Positions 7,640-16,743 of a stretch of 64,000 nucleotides of DNA are shown in pieces. Numbering within the stretch: the first letter of the stretch is position 1; each line of letters begins with the position of its first letter. The translations under genes and the position numbers were made by a program. The notes under the pieces were generated by a model. That model ran no database searches, had not been told where the DNA came from, and saw only the letters and a program-made list of their open reading frames with translations. The stretch comes from an uncultured Acidobacteriota bacterium (GTDB lineage: Bacteria > Acidobacteriota > CAIWXX01), in the NCBI GenBank assembly GCA_903916735.1, contig CAIWXX010000120.1, positions 1,374 through 65,373 on the forward strand, given 5' to 3'.

Positions 7640-10600
7640 ATGAGTGAAACAGATTTGAAAGCGCCAGAGCCATCAGGCGGAAGGCCGGAGGGGGAACAGA
7701 AAAAGCCTTCTTTGCAGGCTCCCGCTGATCCCGATCGCACTGCCATCATGGCCGACGGCGAAGGGCCGGCAACTGCAGCTGTCTTGCCATCGACGCAACT
7801 CCCGAAAACCGCTGCATCACGAACTCCCCTTGCATTCCAACCCGGCGATGTCATTGCCGGACGTTACTCGGTCATCGGGCTGTTGGGCCGCGGTGGAATG
7901 GGGGATGTTTACGAGGTTGAGGATCAGGCACTCAGGGAACGGGTCGCATTAAAAACGATTCGACCGGATACTGGATCCGACGACGATCGGGATGCAATGG
8001 AGAGGTTCAGGCGCGAAGTGAACCTGGCTCGCAAGATCTCGCATCCCAACGTCTGTCGCATCTTCGATATCGGCCATCATCGCCCGGCCGCGGACGATTC
8101 ACCGGAGATCACTTTCCTGACGATGGAGCTGCTGCGCGGCATCACCATCACCGAGCATCTCAAGCGGCATGGCCGTTTTTCCACGATTGACGCCTTTCCC
8201 ATCATCTCTCAGATGGCCGAAGCTCTTACAGCGGCACATAGCGCCGGCATTATTCACCGCGATTTCAAGAGCTCAAATGTGATTTTGGTTCCGTCGCCGG
8301 CAGGCGGACCGCAGCAAGGAGATCGCGCCGTCATCACGGACTTCGGCCTGGCTCGAAGCATCTCCGCCGGCGATCAGGCAGCCATGACGATCACGGCAAC
8401 CGGGTTCGTCGTGGGGACAGCCGCATACATGGCACCGGAACAGGTGCAGGGCAACGCCGTCACGGCAGCGGCTGATATTTATGCACTCGGCATCGTCATC
8501 TACGAAATGATGACGGGACAGATTCCCTTTACAGGCGTGACGCCTCTGTCAACCGCCGTCAAGCGACTGAACGAATCCCCGCCTCCTCCACGCTCGCATG
8601 CACCCGATCTGCCTCCCCATTGGGAGGCGACCATTCTTCGCTGCCTCGAACGAGATCCCGCAAATCGCTTCGCGGCCGCCTTCGATATTCCCAGGGCTTT
8701 TGCCGGAGAGACATCTGCTTCAAGTCCACAACATCGACGGCATCAGCTGAAGCGACTGGCCATTATGGCGGCACTTCTACTCGCCGTGACCGCCGCCTGC
8801 CTGGTTTTCGCCAAACTGTTCCATCGAGCTCCGCCAAAAATTCCTCTCGCGGCATCCGTCTCCACAAAAGCGCGGCCGTCGATTGCCATCCTTGGATTCA
8901 AGAACCTCTCGGGCAAGCCCGACGTTGCATGGCTCTCGACGGCTTTTTGCGAAATGCTTGGAACGGAGCTCTCCATCGGCGAAAAAGTACGGATGATACC
9001 CGGAGAAAACATCGCTCGCGCGAAAATCGAACTCTCTGTGCCCGAGAGCGACAGCCTTGCCCGGGACACCCTGGCGCGACTCGCCTCCAATCTCGGCACC
9101 GACCTCGTCATCCTCGGTTCCTATCTGGTCCTCGAGGGAGGCAACTCCCGTCAGATCCGCCTTGACATCAGGCTCCAGGATGCGTCCACCGGCGACACGA
9201 TCGCCGCCATCCCTGTGATTGGAAGTGAAGGGAAGCTCTTTGATCTGATCGCGAAGGCCGGCAGCAATCTTCGTGAGAAGCTCGGCGCCGCTTCGACAAC
9301 AGCGGCCAGCACAGACAGCGTCGGAATATCGATGCCGTCGATTCCGGAAGCCGCGCGGTATTATTCCGAGGGACTGGCGAAGCTCCGGCTCTTCGATGCG
9401 CTCGGCGCGCGCGATCTCCTCGAGAAGGCCGTCGCGGCGGACCCCAATTATCCTCAGGCACATTCCGCTCTTGCCGAAGCCTGGTCCGCTCTCGGCTATG
9501 AAAACAGGTCAACCGACGAAGCCCGCATTGCCGTGGATCTCAGTTCGAAACTTCCGCGCGAAGAGCGCCTGCTGATCGAAGCTCGGTATCGCGCCGCCAA
9601 CAAGGAATGGGAAAAGGCCGCCGATCTGTATCGCACGCTCTTCGGCTTCTTCCCCGACAATCTCGAATACGGCCTCCTGCTCGCAGACGCTCAAACAGCC
9701 GCCGGCAAAGGCTCCGACGCATTGATCACAGTTGATTCTCTGCGAAAACTGTCTTCTCCCGAACGCGACGATCCTCGAATCGATCTCTCCGAATCCGGAG
9801 CCGCCTTTTCGCTGTCGGATTTTAGGCGCCAGCAGGCCGCGGCCGGTCGAGCCGCTCAGAAAGGTCGAGCTCGTGGCGCTCGACTGCTCGTCGCCAGAGC
9901 GCGCCTCCGCGAAGGAGTGGCCTATCGCAATCTCGGCGATCTGAAAGCGGCCGCTGCAGCAGCGGACGAAGCCCGCCGGATCTATGCGGACGCGGGTGAT
10001 CGCGGTGGAGTTGCCTGGGCACTCAACAACCTCGCCAACATCTTCGACGACGAAGGCAACCGGCCTGAAGCGAAAGCGATGTTCGAAGAGGTGCTCGCCG
10101 TCTACCGTGAGACAGGTGACAAGAGCGGAATTGCTCTCGCTCTCGGAAATATCGCCAGCGTCCTGCTCAACGAAGGAAAGCCTGCCGATAGCAAGAAGAT
10201 GCTCGAAGAGTCCATCCGGCTCTATCGGGAGATCGGAGACAAACGAGGCGCTGCCTGGGAATTGAATACGATCGCCATCGTCTTCAAATACGAAGGGGAT
10301 TTGGCGGCGGCGCAGAAAGCATATGAAGAGTCGCTTGAGCTCTATCGCCGGAACGGCGAGAGGAGCGGCATCGCGACCGAGCTGACCAACCTCGCCGGTT
10401 TGCTCACCTCCACGGGAGACCTCGGATCCGCCAGGACGATGCTGAATGAATCAATCGCAACGTTTCGCGCGATCGACGAAGTATCCGGTGTTGCTGCGAC
10501 GCAGGCAATGATAGGGGATCTCCTGACCATCCAGGGAGATCTTTCACAAGCCAGGAAGAACTACGAGGAAGCCGTTGAAATTTGTCGTCGGATCGATGAC

Positions 10601-11242
10601 CAGGGTGACTTGGGGATCGCTCTTTTCGGCATCGGCGAAGTCCTCCTGGCTGAGGGTGATATCGCGGGAGCGCGGAAGAAACACGAGGAGGCGCTCTCGT
10701 TGAGGACGGATATCGGTGAGAAGGCAGGGGTTGCCGAGAGCCAACGGGCACTGGCCTCAGTTATCATAGAAGAGGCTCAGTATGCGGAGGCGGAATCGAA
10801 GGCGAGTGCGGCTGTTGCGGTCTACCGTGACGAAAAAATGATCGTGTACGAAGCATCCGCCCAGGCCGTGCTCGCACTCGCTCGACTGGCACAAGGGAAT
10901 AACACCGGAGCACGGGAGGCGATCAATCGAGCCACCATGCTGATGGAAAGAAGCCAGGACATGATGACGCGCTTGACTGTTTCAATCGCTGCCGCCCGCG
11001 TGCTGACATCAACCCGGCAACACGATACTGCGCGGAGAAAACTTGAGGCGATCATCGAGGAAGCCACGCGAGCGGGGATCGTCACAATTCAATTCGATGC
11101 GCGCCTGGCACTCGCCGAAGCCGAAATGGCATCCGGCGATAAAGCGGCGGGGCGGAAGCAATTGGAAGCTCTTGTAAGCGAATCTCGTGCAAAGGGGTTT
11201 GGATTGATAGCTCGCAAAGCACAGGCCGCTGCCGGCAGATGA
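7640..11242 (+). CDS. Hanks-type Ser/Thr protein kinase with TM helix, TolB-N/CsgG-like domain and TPR repeats
   Basis: GRGGMG, VALK, HRDFKSSN, DFG, YMAPE; hydrophobic helix near aa 373-393; SIAILGFKNLSG domain; long ~40-aa TPR-like repeats. Confidence 0.93.
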   Translation: MSETDLKAPEPSGGRPEGEQKKPSLQAPADPDRTAIMADGEGPATAAVLPSTQLPKTAASRTPLAFQPGDVIAGRYSVIGLLGRGGMGDVYEVEDQALRERVALKTIRPDTGSDDDRDAMERFRREVNLARKISHPNVCRIFDIGHHRPAADDSPEITFLTMELLRGITITEHLKRHGRFSTIDAFPIISQMAEALTAAHSAGIIHRDFKSSNVILVPSPAGGPQQGDRAVITDFGLARSISAGDQAAMTITATGFVVGTAAYMAPEQVQGNAVTAAADIYALGIVIYEMMTGQIPFTGVTPLSTAVKRLNESPPPPRSHAPDLPPHWEATILRCLERDPANRFAAAFDIPRAFAGETSASSPQHRRHQLKRLAIMAALLLAVTAACLVFAKLFHRAPPKIPLAASVSTKARPSIAILGFKNLSGKPDVAWLSTAFCEMLGTELSIGEKVRMIPGENIARAKIELSVPESDSLARDTLARLASNLGTDLVILGSYLVLEGGNSRQIRLDIRLQDASTGDTIAAIPVIGSEGKLFDLIAKAGSNLREKLGAASTTAASTDSVGISMPSIPEAARYYSEGLAKLRLFDALGARDLLEKAVAADPNYPQAHSALAEAWSALGYENRSTDEARIAVDLSSKLPREERLLIEARYRAANKEWEKAADLYRTLFGFFPDNLEYGLLLADAQTAAGKGSDALITVDSLRKLSSPERDDPRIDLSESGAAFSLSDFRRQQAAAGRAAQKGRARGARLLVARARLREGVAYRNLGDLKAAAAAADEARRIYADAGDRGGVAWALNNLANIFDDEGNRPEAKAMFEEVLAVYRETGDKSGIALALGNIASVLLNEGKPADSKKMLEESIRLYREIGDKRGAAWELNTIAIVFKYEGDLAAAQKAYEESLELYRRNGERSGIATELTNLAGLLTSTGDLGSARTMLNESIATFRAIDEVSGVAATQAMIGDLLTIQGDLSQARKNYEEAVEICRRIDDQGDLGIALFGIGEVLLAEGDIAGARKKHEEALSLRTDIGEKAGVAESQRALASVIIEEAQYAEAESKASAAVAVYRDEKMIVYEASAQAVLALARLAQGNNTGAREAINRATMLMERSQDMMTRLTVSIAAARVLTSTRQHDTARRKLEAIIEEATRAGIVTIQFDARLALAEAEMASGDKAAGRKQLEALVSESRAKGFGLIARKAQAAAGR

Positions 11243-11411
11243 CTGATCGGCTGAGCACTTCCATGAATCCGCCCACGCCACCTTCCACACGCCTCGCCAT
11301 CGGGCCGGGCAACTCCGAACCATGTCTTTCTCATGATTCCCATCACTGCCTGATGATGTTCATCACAAATTCATCGCCAACGAGTTCGACATGATGCAGA
11401 ATAGAAATAGT

Positions 11412-12437
11412 ATGAATCGGCGGAAATTTTTGGAGACAACGACGGCGCTGGCCGCGGGCTTCGCAATCAACCCCGCTTCCGCGTTGATGGCGTCGCCTCA
11501 AAAAGGCCGGGTCATTTCGGTCTTTCATCCTCGATCCGTACAAGCCGGGCGACACATCAGCGGCCCAGCCGTGCAGCAGATGCTTCGCCAGGGGTTGAAA
11601 GCGTTAACCGGTGACGAACGGCCCTGGAGTCGATGGATTCATCCGGGCGACCAGGTCGGGTTGAAGATCAATACGCTCGGCCGCCCTTTTCTTGTCACTC
11701 ATCCCGAGTTGATACAGGCGGTTATTGACGAATTGAAGGAGTTTGGGATCAAGGAGAATCGAATCATTGTCTGGGATCGCTTTGAACAGCACATGCGAGA
11801 TGCTCGGTTCGTCCTCAACTCGACCAACCAGGGAGTTCGATATCTGGCGACGGAGGGCGATCGAGGTGGCCCCATGCGCCTCGACGAAAAAGCTTCGTAT
11901 CGATCGGTTCTCGATCAAGAACAGGAACGTGAAGCCGGCAGCGCCGTTTCCAGGATCTCGACCATCTTTACACAGGAGTGCGACAAAATAATCAACATGG
12001 CAATTTTGAAAGACCACGTCGCCACCGGCGTGACGCTCTGCTTGAAAAACCTGGCATTCGGAATCACCGACAATAACAACCGCTTTCACGGCATCGATCA
12101 TGTCGGGCCTTTCATCGCCGATATCTGCGCCCTCCCTATCGTTAAAAAGAAAGTCGTCCTGCATATTCTCGACGGGCTGGAAGGTTGCTTCAACAATGGG
12201 CCGATTCCCCGCAGTCCCAGTTCATTTTTCACACCTCAAACCATCTGGCTTGGGAACGACCCCGTCGCCGTCGATTCTATCGGGCGCGGCATCATTGAAG
12301 ATCAGCGGCGAGCGAAAGGACTGCCATCCCTCGCTTCCCTCAAGAAACCCGTCGGCTATATCGAATTGGCATCGACAAAAGGAGTGGGCGAATGCAATCT
12401 CGACCAGATCAGTATCGAGAAGATTTCCATAGTGTGA
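11412..12437 (+). CDS. DUF362-family protein with Tat signal
   Basis: MNRRKFLE twin-arginine signal; VGLKINT, LKDH...GVTLCLKNLAFG, DPVAVD motifs. Confidence 0.8.
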   Translation: MNRRKFLETTTALAAGFAINPASALMASPQKGRVISVFHPRSVQAGRHISGPAVQQMLRQGLKALTGDERPWSRWIHPGDQVGLKINTLGRPFLVTHPELIQAVIDELKEFGIKENRIIVWDRFEQHMRDARFVLNSTNQGVRYLATEGDRGGPMRLDEKASYRSVLDQEQEREAGSAVSRISTIFTQECDKIINMAILKDHVATGVTLCLKNLAFGITDNNNRFHGIDHVGPFIADICALPIVKKKVVLHILDGLEGCFNNGPIPRSPSSFFTPQTIWLGNDPVAVDSIGRGIIEDQRRAKGLPSLASLKKPVGYIELASTKGVGECNLDQISIEKISIV

Positions 12438-12973
12438 TTCCACAGCGAGGTCTCATCGGCGGGACATGCATCGCGCTTTTCATGCTCGTGATGATCGGCA
12501 CTGCCGGCGCTGCTCCTGAAGGGCCCTCCTCGAAGCACTTTCTCCCTCAGACTCTCCCCCCGGGATTCTCCTACGCGAAGCAGCCGGAATTCTACGGCAC
12601 GAGTGAACACAAATCCCAAGACGGTTCAATTTTCGATTATATCGACGGCGGCGGGATCATTTATATCAACCATGGTTTCCGCGAAGTCACGCATCTCGTC
12701 CTGCAGGATCCGAAAAAAAACTCGGTGACTCTTGATATTTACGATATGGTCAACAGCAACAATGCGCAAGCTGCATTCGACGATGAAATGATCTGCCCCA
12801 AGGGCGATGTGAAAATCAACGTCGGGACGCAGTGCAAATCATATGCGTATCCCCCTGAATATCTTCTGTATTTCGTGAAAGACAAATATTTGGTCTCTCT
12901 GGCCGTCAGCGACGACACTCTGGCCGAGACACTCCGGCAGTTTTCAACATCTCTCTATCAGGATCTTCGATGA
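12434..12973 (+). CDS. Exported protein, DUF6599-like
   Basis: GTGA overlap with upstream stop; signal peptide; IFDYIDGGGxxYxxxGF...DIYDM...AxxAF pattern. Confidence 0.65.
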   Translation: MIPQRGLIGGTCIALFMLVMIGTAGAAPEGPSSKHFLPQTLPPGFSYAKQPEFYGTSEHKSQDGSIFDYIDGGGIIYINHGFREVTHLVLQDPKKNSVTLDIYDMVNSNNAQAAFDDEMICPKGDVKINVGTQCKSYAYPPEYLLYFVKDKYLVSLAVSDDTLAETLRQFSTSLYQDLR

Positions 12974-13041
12974 ATATCGGTGAGTCCACACGGCGCGACC
13001 ATTGCGCATGACATGAGCGTTCGTGAACGCAAGGAGACATC

Positions 13042-14001
13042 ATGAAGAAGAAATTGAACAGGCGCGAATTCCTTAAGTCAACCTCAATCGCCATTGCCGG
13101 ACTGGGGGCGGTCTCTCATTCTTTCAATTTTCCCGCCTTCGCCTCTTCTCTCTCCGGCAAATCGAAAGTCATTCTGGCTCGCGGCGACGCCGTTATTTCC
13201 AACCGCAACGTCTGCAATCCTCAACAGACAGCGGCTCTCTTTGACAAAGCTCTCTTGACACTCACTGGAAAGGGCAACGCCAAAGAGGCCTGGGCTGCCA
13301 TCGGACTTGCGCCCAGTGACACGGTCGCCATCAAAGTGAATTGCAACAATTGGACCATTCTTCTTGCTCCGCACAAGGAGCTGGTCGGCGCGCTCTGTTC
13401 GAGTCTGATGCAAGTGATTCCCGAGAACAACATCATTTTTTATGAACGAACGACGTCCGATCTCATTGACGGAGGGTTTCAAGCGAACAAGAGCAATCGC
13501 GGAGTCAGGTATTTTGGCAACGATGAAGGCGGCGGGTATCATCCGCAGGAGAGGCTCACGCGAATCATCACCGACACGAGCACCAAGATCATCAATCTGG
13601 CTTCCTTGAAGTGCGTTGATTTCCCATTTGGAGCCAGCGTGTTCATGAAAAACCATATCGGCAGCCTGGTGGACGAGGACATGCCGCGATGTCATGGCAA
13701 TCATCGCTTTCTGGCGGGAGTATCGTCCAGACCCAGCATCAAGAATAAGGCCATCCTGGCGCTCGGAGACGGCCTGCGGGCAACGTTTCAGCGAGGAGTC
13801 CCGTGGTATTGGGGGGGAATCGTCATGGGACAGGACTCGGTCGCGGCTGAATATGCGGCGATTCAGGTCATGAATGAAAAGCGATCTCAGGAAGGAATCG
13901 CCAAGATGGAAACACCTGAATATTTGCGTTTGGCCGAAAGCGAATTCGGCCTCGGGACCTGCAATCCCGAGAAAATCGATATGGTCAAGATTTCCATTTA
14001 A
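13042..14001 (+). CDS. Second DUF362-family protein with Tat signal
   Basis: LNRREFLK signal; VAIKVNC, INLASLK...MKNHIG, DSVAAE; SD AAGGAG. Confidence 0.75.
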   Translation: MKKKLNRREFLKSTSIAIAGLGAVSHSFNFPAFASSLSGKSKVILARGDAVISNRNVCNPQQTAALFDKALLTLTGKGNAKEAWAAIGLAPSDTVAIKVNCNNWTILLAPHKELVGALCSSLMQVIPENNIIFYERTTSDLIDGGFQANKSNRGVRYFGNDEGGGYHPQERLTRIITDTSTKIINLASLKCVDFPFGASVFMKNHIGSLVDEDMPRCHGNHRFLAGVSSRPSIKNKAILALGDGLRATFQRGVPWYWGGIVMGQDSVAAEYAAIQVMNEKRSQEGIAKMETPEYLRLAESEFGLGTCNPEKIDMVKISI

Positions 14002-14092
14002 GAGACGCGAGGTGAACAAGCGTCAAGCTGCCTGACTGGGCATCAGCGTCCCATTTGCGGGTCAGTCGCGATACAATAGAGGCATCGCGATC

Positions 14093-15109
14093 ATGATCAA
14101 CAGACAGGCCCGTGCCAAGATGCTCCCGCTGGGCAAGCTGCCTCCACTGCTGCTCTCGCAATTCCTCTCAACGCTCAGCGCCGGATCCGGTGGACACGGC
14201 GATCGTATCATCATCGGGCCGGGGGTGGGGCTCGACTGCGCCGTCGTTGAATTCGGCGATCGATGTCTTGTTGCCAAAACCGACCCGATCACATTTGCAT
14301 CGGATGAGATCGGTTGGTACGCAGTGCAGATCAACGCCAATGATATCGCCTGTTCCGGTGCTGAACCACTCTTTTTCCTCGTCACCATCCTGTTGCCAGA
14401 AGCGCCCGGCAACGCGGAACTCGCTCGCCTTGTTTTCAACCAGATTCGCACGGCCTGTTCTGAGTTGGGTGTCGCTCTCATCGGCGGGCACACGGAAATC
14501 ACCCAGGGAATCAGCCGCCCCATCGTGGTCGGAACGATGTTGGGAGAGGTGGCCAAGGACAGGCTGATCACATCCGCCGGTGCAAGACCGGGTGATCAGG
14601 TGTTGCTGACGAAGGGCTATCCGATCGAAGCTGTCTCAATCATTGCCCGTGAAGCCGCCGGAAGACTCGGGAATCCGGATCCCGTTTTTCTCCAACGATG
14701 CAGGGCATTTCTGCAGACGCCAGGAATCAGCGTCGTCAGAGATGCGCGCATCGCACTCGGGGCCGGCACCGTCACGGCGATGCACGACCCGACGGAAGGA
14801 GGGATTGCTACGGGGCTCTGGGAGATTGCCGAAGCATCCAACTGCGGAATTGAAATCCGCGTTGATGCATTGCCGTTGCTGCCTGAAGGTGAAATTCTCT
14901 GCCGCCTGTTGCACCTCGATCCAATCGGCTGCATCGCATCAGGCGCTCTACTCTTGACTGTGCCCGAATCGGATGCCGTGTGCATCAAAGCGGCTCTGGA
15001 GAAAAACGGCATTCCTGCTCACGTGATCGGCCGCGTCACAGAGGGGTGTAGCGTGAATGTGCATCGCCCGGAGCGAGACGAATTGACACGCCTCTTTTCA
15101 CCGACATGA
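14093..15109 (+). CDS. AIR synthase/HypE-like ATP-binding protein
   Basis: GKLP, GLDCAV, KTDPI, NANDIA, IGGHTE, MHDPTEGG motifs; start could be 14120. Confidence 0.85.
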   Translation: MINRQARAKMLPLGKLPPLLLSQFLSTLSAGSGGHGDRIIIGPGVGLDCAVVEFGDRCLVAKTDPITFASDEIGWYAVQINANDIACSGAEPLFFLVTILLPEAPGNAELARLVFNQIRTACSELGVALIGGHTEITQGISRPIVVGTMLGEVAKDRLITSAGARPGDQVLLTKGYPIEAVSIIAREAAGRLGNPDPVFLQRCRAFLQTPGISVVRDARIALGAGTVTAMHDPTEGGIATGLWEIAEASNCGIEIRVDALPLLPEGEILCRLLHLDPIGCIASGALLLTVPESDAVCIKAALEKNGIPAHVIGRVTEGCSVNVHRPERDELTRLFSPT

Positions 15110-15495
15110 CTCATACGGTCGGGAAATTTGGAGTAAAGATTAGTCCTTCAACGCAATGAATTCACGTCGCGACGCATTGAGAAAAAGACAACCACGCAGC
15201 AAGAGAGTGGACACCATTGCGTGGATCGTCTTCGAAGGGCCTGCCGGGTCTCTTGGGATGGCACTTCACTCTCATCCGGAGGAAAAGGGTTTATTCACAT
15301 TGGACATCGACGTGGGCGAATCAAGCGGCGTTCGCCATGCCCATGCAGCACATGCTTTGTTGTGTGCAGTCTGCCTTCTCAGCGCCGGATCGGGGCTTCA
15401 CGTTCACTCTCCGCCACGTCGAGGACTTGTGATACAATACGGCGCGTGTCTTAAGCAACTTCGAGGCATGTCGGATCGGTATCAAGGGTAAGAGC

Positions 15496-16743
15496 ATGGA
15501 TATTCACAAGATCAAAGACAGAATCGTCGCCGATGTAAAGGCCGAACTGGCCACCAAATTACAGGATCTCCAAGAGGAGATCGCCCGAATCAAAGAGATG
15601 ATGAATTCGGCTTACGATGTAATCGGGCACAAGACGCGGTTTTCGATTGACAGAGACATCGAGCGGATTGTGGAGAAGCACCTGCGCGAGATAGAGATAC
15701 CCGCTCCTGTATCGGCCGCCGGTACTCCCGATGAACCCGATGCTCATCTCTTTGAAACTCTTCAAGCGATCGACCATGGGCGTTCGCAGATCGAGATTCT
15801 GACGACTCTGGTAAACGCTGTTCAGCTTCTGACGCCACGCGTTCTTCTCCTTGTGGCCAAGGGTGAAACGCTTGTCGGCTGGAGCGGCAAAGGGTTGAAT
15901 CGGACCGATGCCGAGATCAAGCGTATGGCGATCACGCTGAATGTTCCCTCCAGCTTAAAACACGTCGTCGATACCAACGAGTTTTTCTGGGGAGAAGCCG
16001 GGTCGCATTCCGGCAACACATCGCTCTTTTCCGTACTTGGCGGCGGCGCGCCCAAGGAGATCCTCGTCACTCCTCTCCTCATCAAGGGCAAATCTGTCGC
16101 CATATTGTACTGCGATGATGGCGGCACGGAGGGCGCGTTGAAGTCCGTCGAACGTGTCAAGATACTGGCATGGGCGACATCGACAACGCTGGATGCACTT
16201 CCCTACCGGGCTAAAGTCACACGCCCGTTGCCGCCGGCCGCGGCGCAGCCTCAGCCACCGGCGGCTCCTCCTCCTCCTCCTCCTGAAGCCGTGCGCGCAC
16301 CTGCCGCCGCCCCGCATCCGCGGCCCGCACTTATCTCTGAGCCGCCGACACTTTCCGGTATCAAACCGATCAGTGTCCCACAGATGAAGCCGCAAGACCC
16401 CAGGTCGATGACTCATCCGGAACTCGCCCTGAAAGCCCAAGAGGAGCAGCGAGTCGCCGATCACCTCGCAGGCCTATCGCCGGAGGACAAGAAGCGGCAT
16501 GATGATGCGAAGCGGCTGGCGCGAGTTCTCGTTGCCGACCTTATCCTTTATCACCGCACAGACGTGGAGCTCGGCCGGAGAAACAACGACCTCTATAAAA
16601 GGCTCCAACAGGACATCGATCGATCGAGGGAAGCCTACCGCGAGCGCATCGGGCCTGAACTTGCGGCCAAGACCAATTATCTTTATGACGAGCTGGTGAA
16701 AACTCTTGCTGACGGCCATCCTGAAGCTCTGGCCGGCTACTGA
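15496..16743 (+). CDS. Hypothetical protein: coiled coil, GAF-like domain, Pro-rich linker, C-terminal helical domain
   Basis: LVTPLLIKGKSVAILYCD GAF-like strands; poly-Pro linker; AKRLARVLVADLILY C-terminal motif. Confidence 0.7.
   Translation: MDIHKIKDRIVADVKAELATKLQDLQEEIARIKEMMNSAYDVIGHKTRFSIDRDIERIVEKHLREIEIPAPVSAAGTPDEPDAHLFETLQAIDHGRSQIEILTTLVNAVQLLTPRVLLLVAKGETLVGWSGKGLNRTDAEIKRMAITLNVPSSLKHVVDTNEFFWGEAGSHSGNTSLFSVLGGGAPKEILVTPLLIKGKSVAILYCDDGGTEGALKSVERVKILAWATSTTLDALPYRAKVTRPLPPAAAQPQPPAAPPPPPPEAVRAPAAAPHPRPALISEPPTLSGIKPISVPQMKPQDPRSMTHPELALKAQEEQRVADHLAGLSPEDKKRHDDAKRLARVLVADLILYHRTDVELGRRNNDLYKRLQQDIDRSREAYRERIGPELAAKTNYLYDELVKTLADGHPEALAGY

Noticed and set aside
1-7640. CRISPR array near the cas genes
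   Set aside because: No regularly spaced direct repeats seen; cas2 and the array probably lie beyond the left edge.
13084-14019. 311-aa minus-strand ORF
   Set aside because: Antisense shadow of the DUF362 gene.
15110-15495. Long intergenic region with partial inverted repeat (ACGCAATG/CATTGCGT) and a 111-aa ORF
   Set aside because: Pairing too short for a recognisable ncRNA; the ORF lacks an SD and motifs.
16245-16320. CCT/CCG-rich tandem tract
   Set aside because: Encodes the Pro-rich linker of the 15496-16743 protein.
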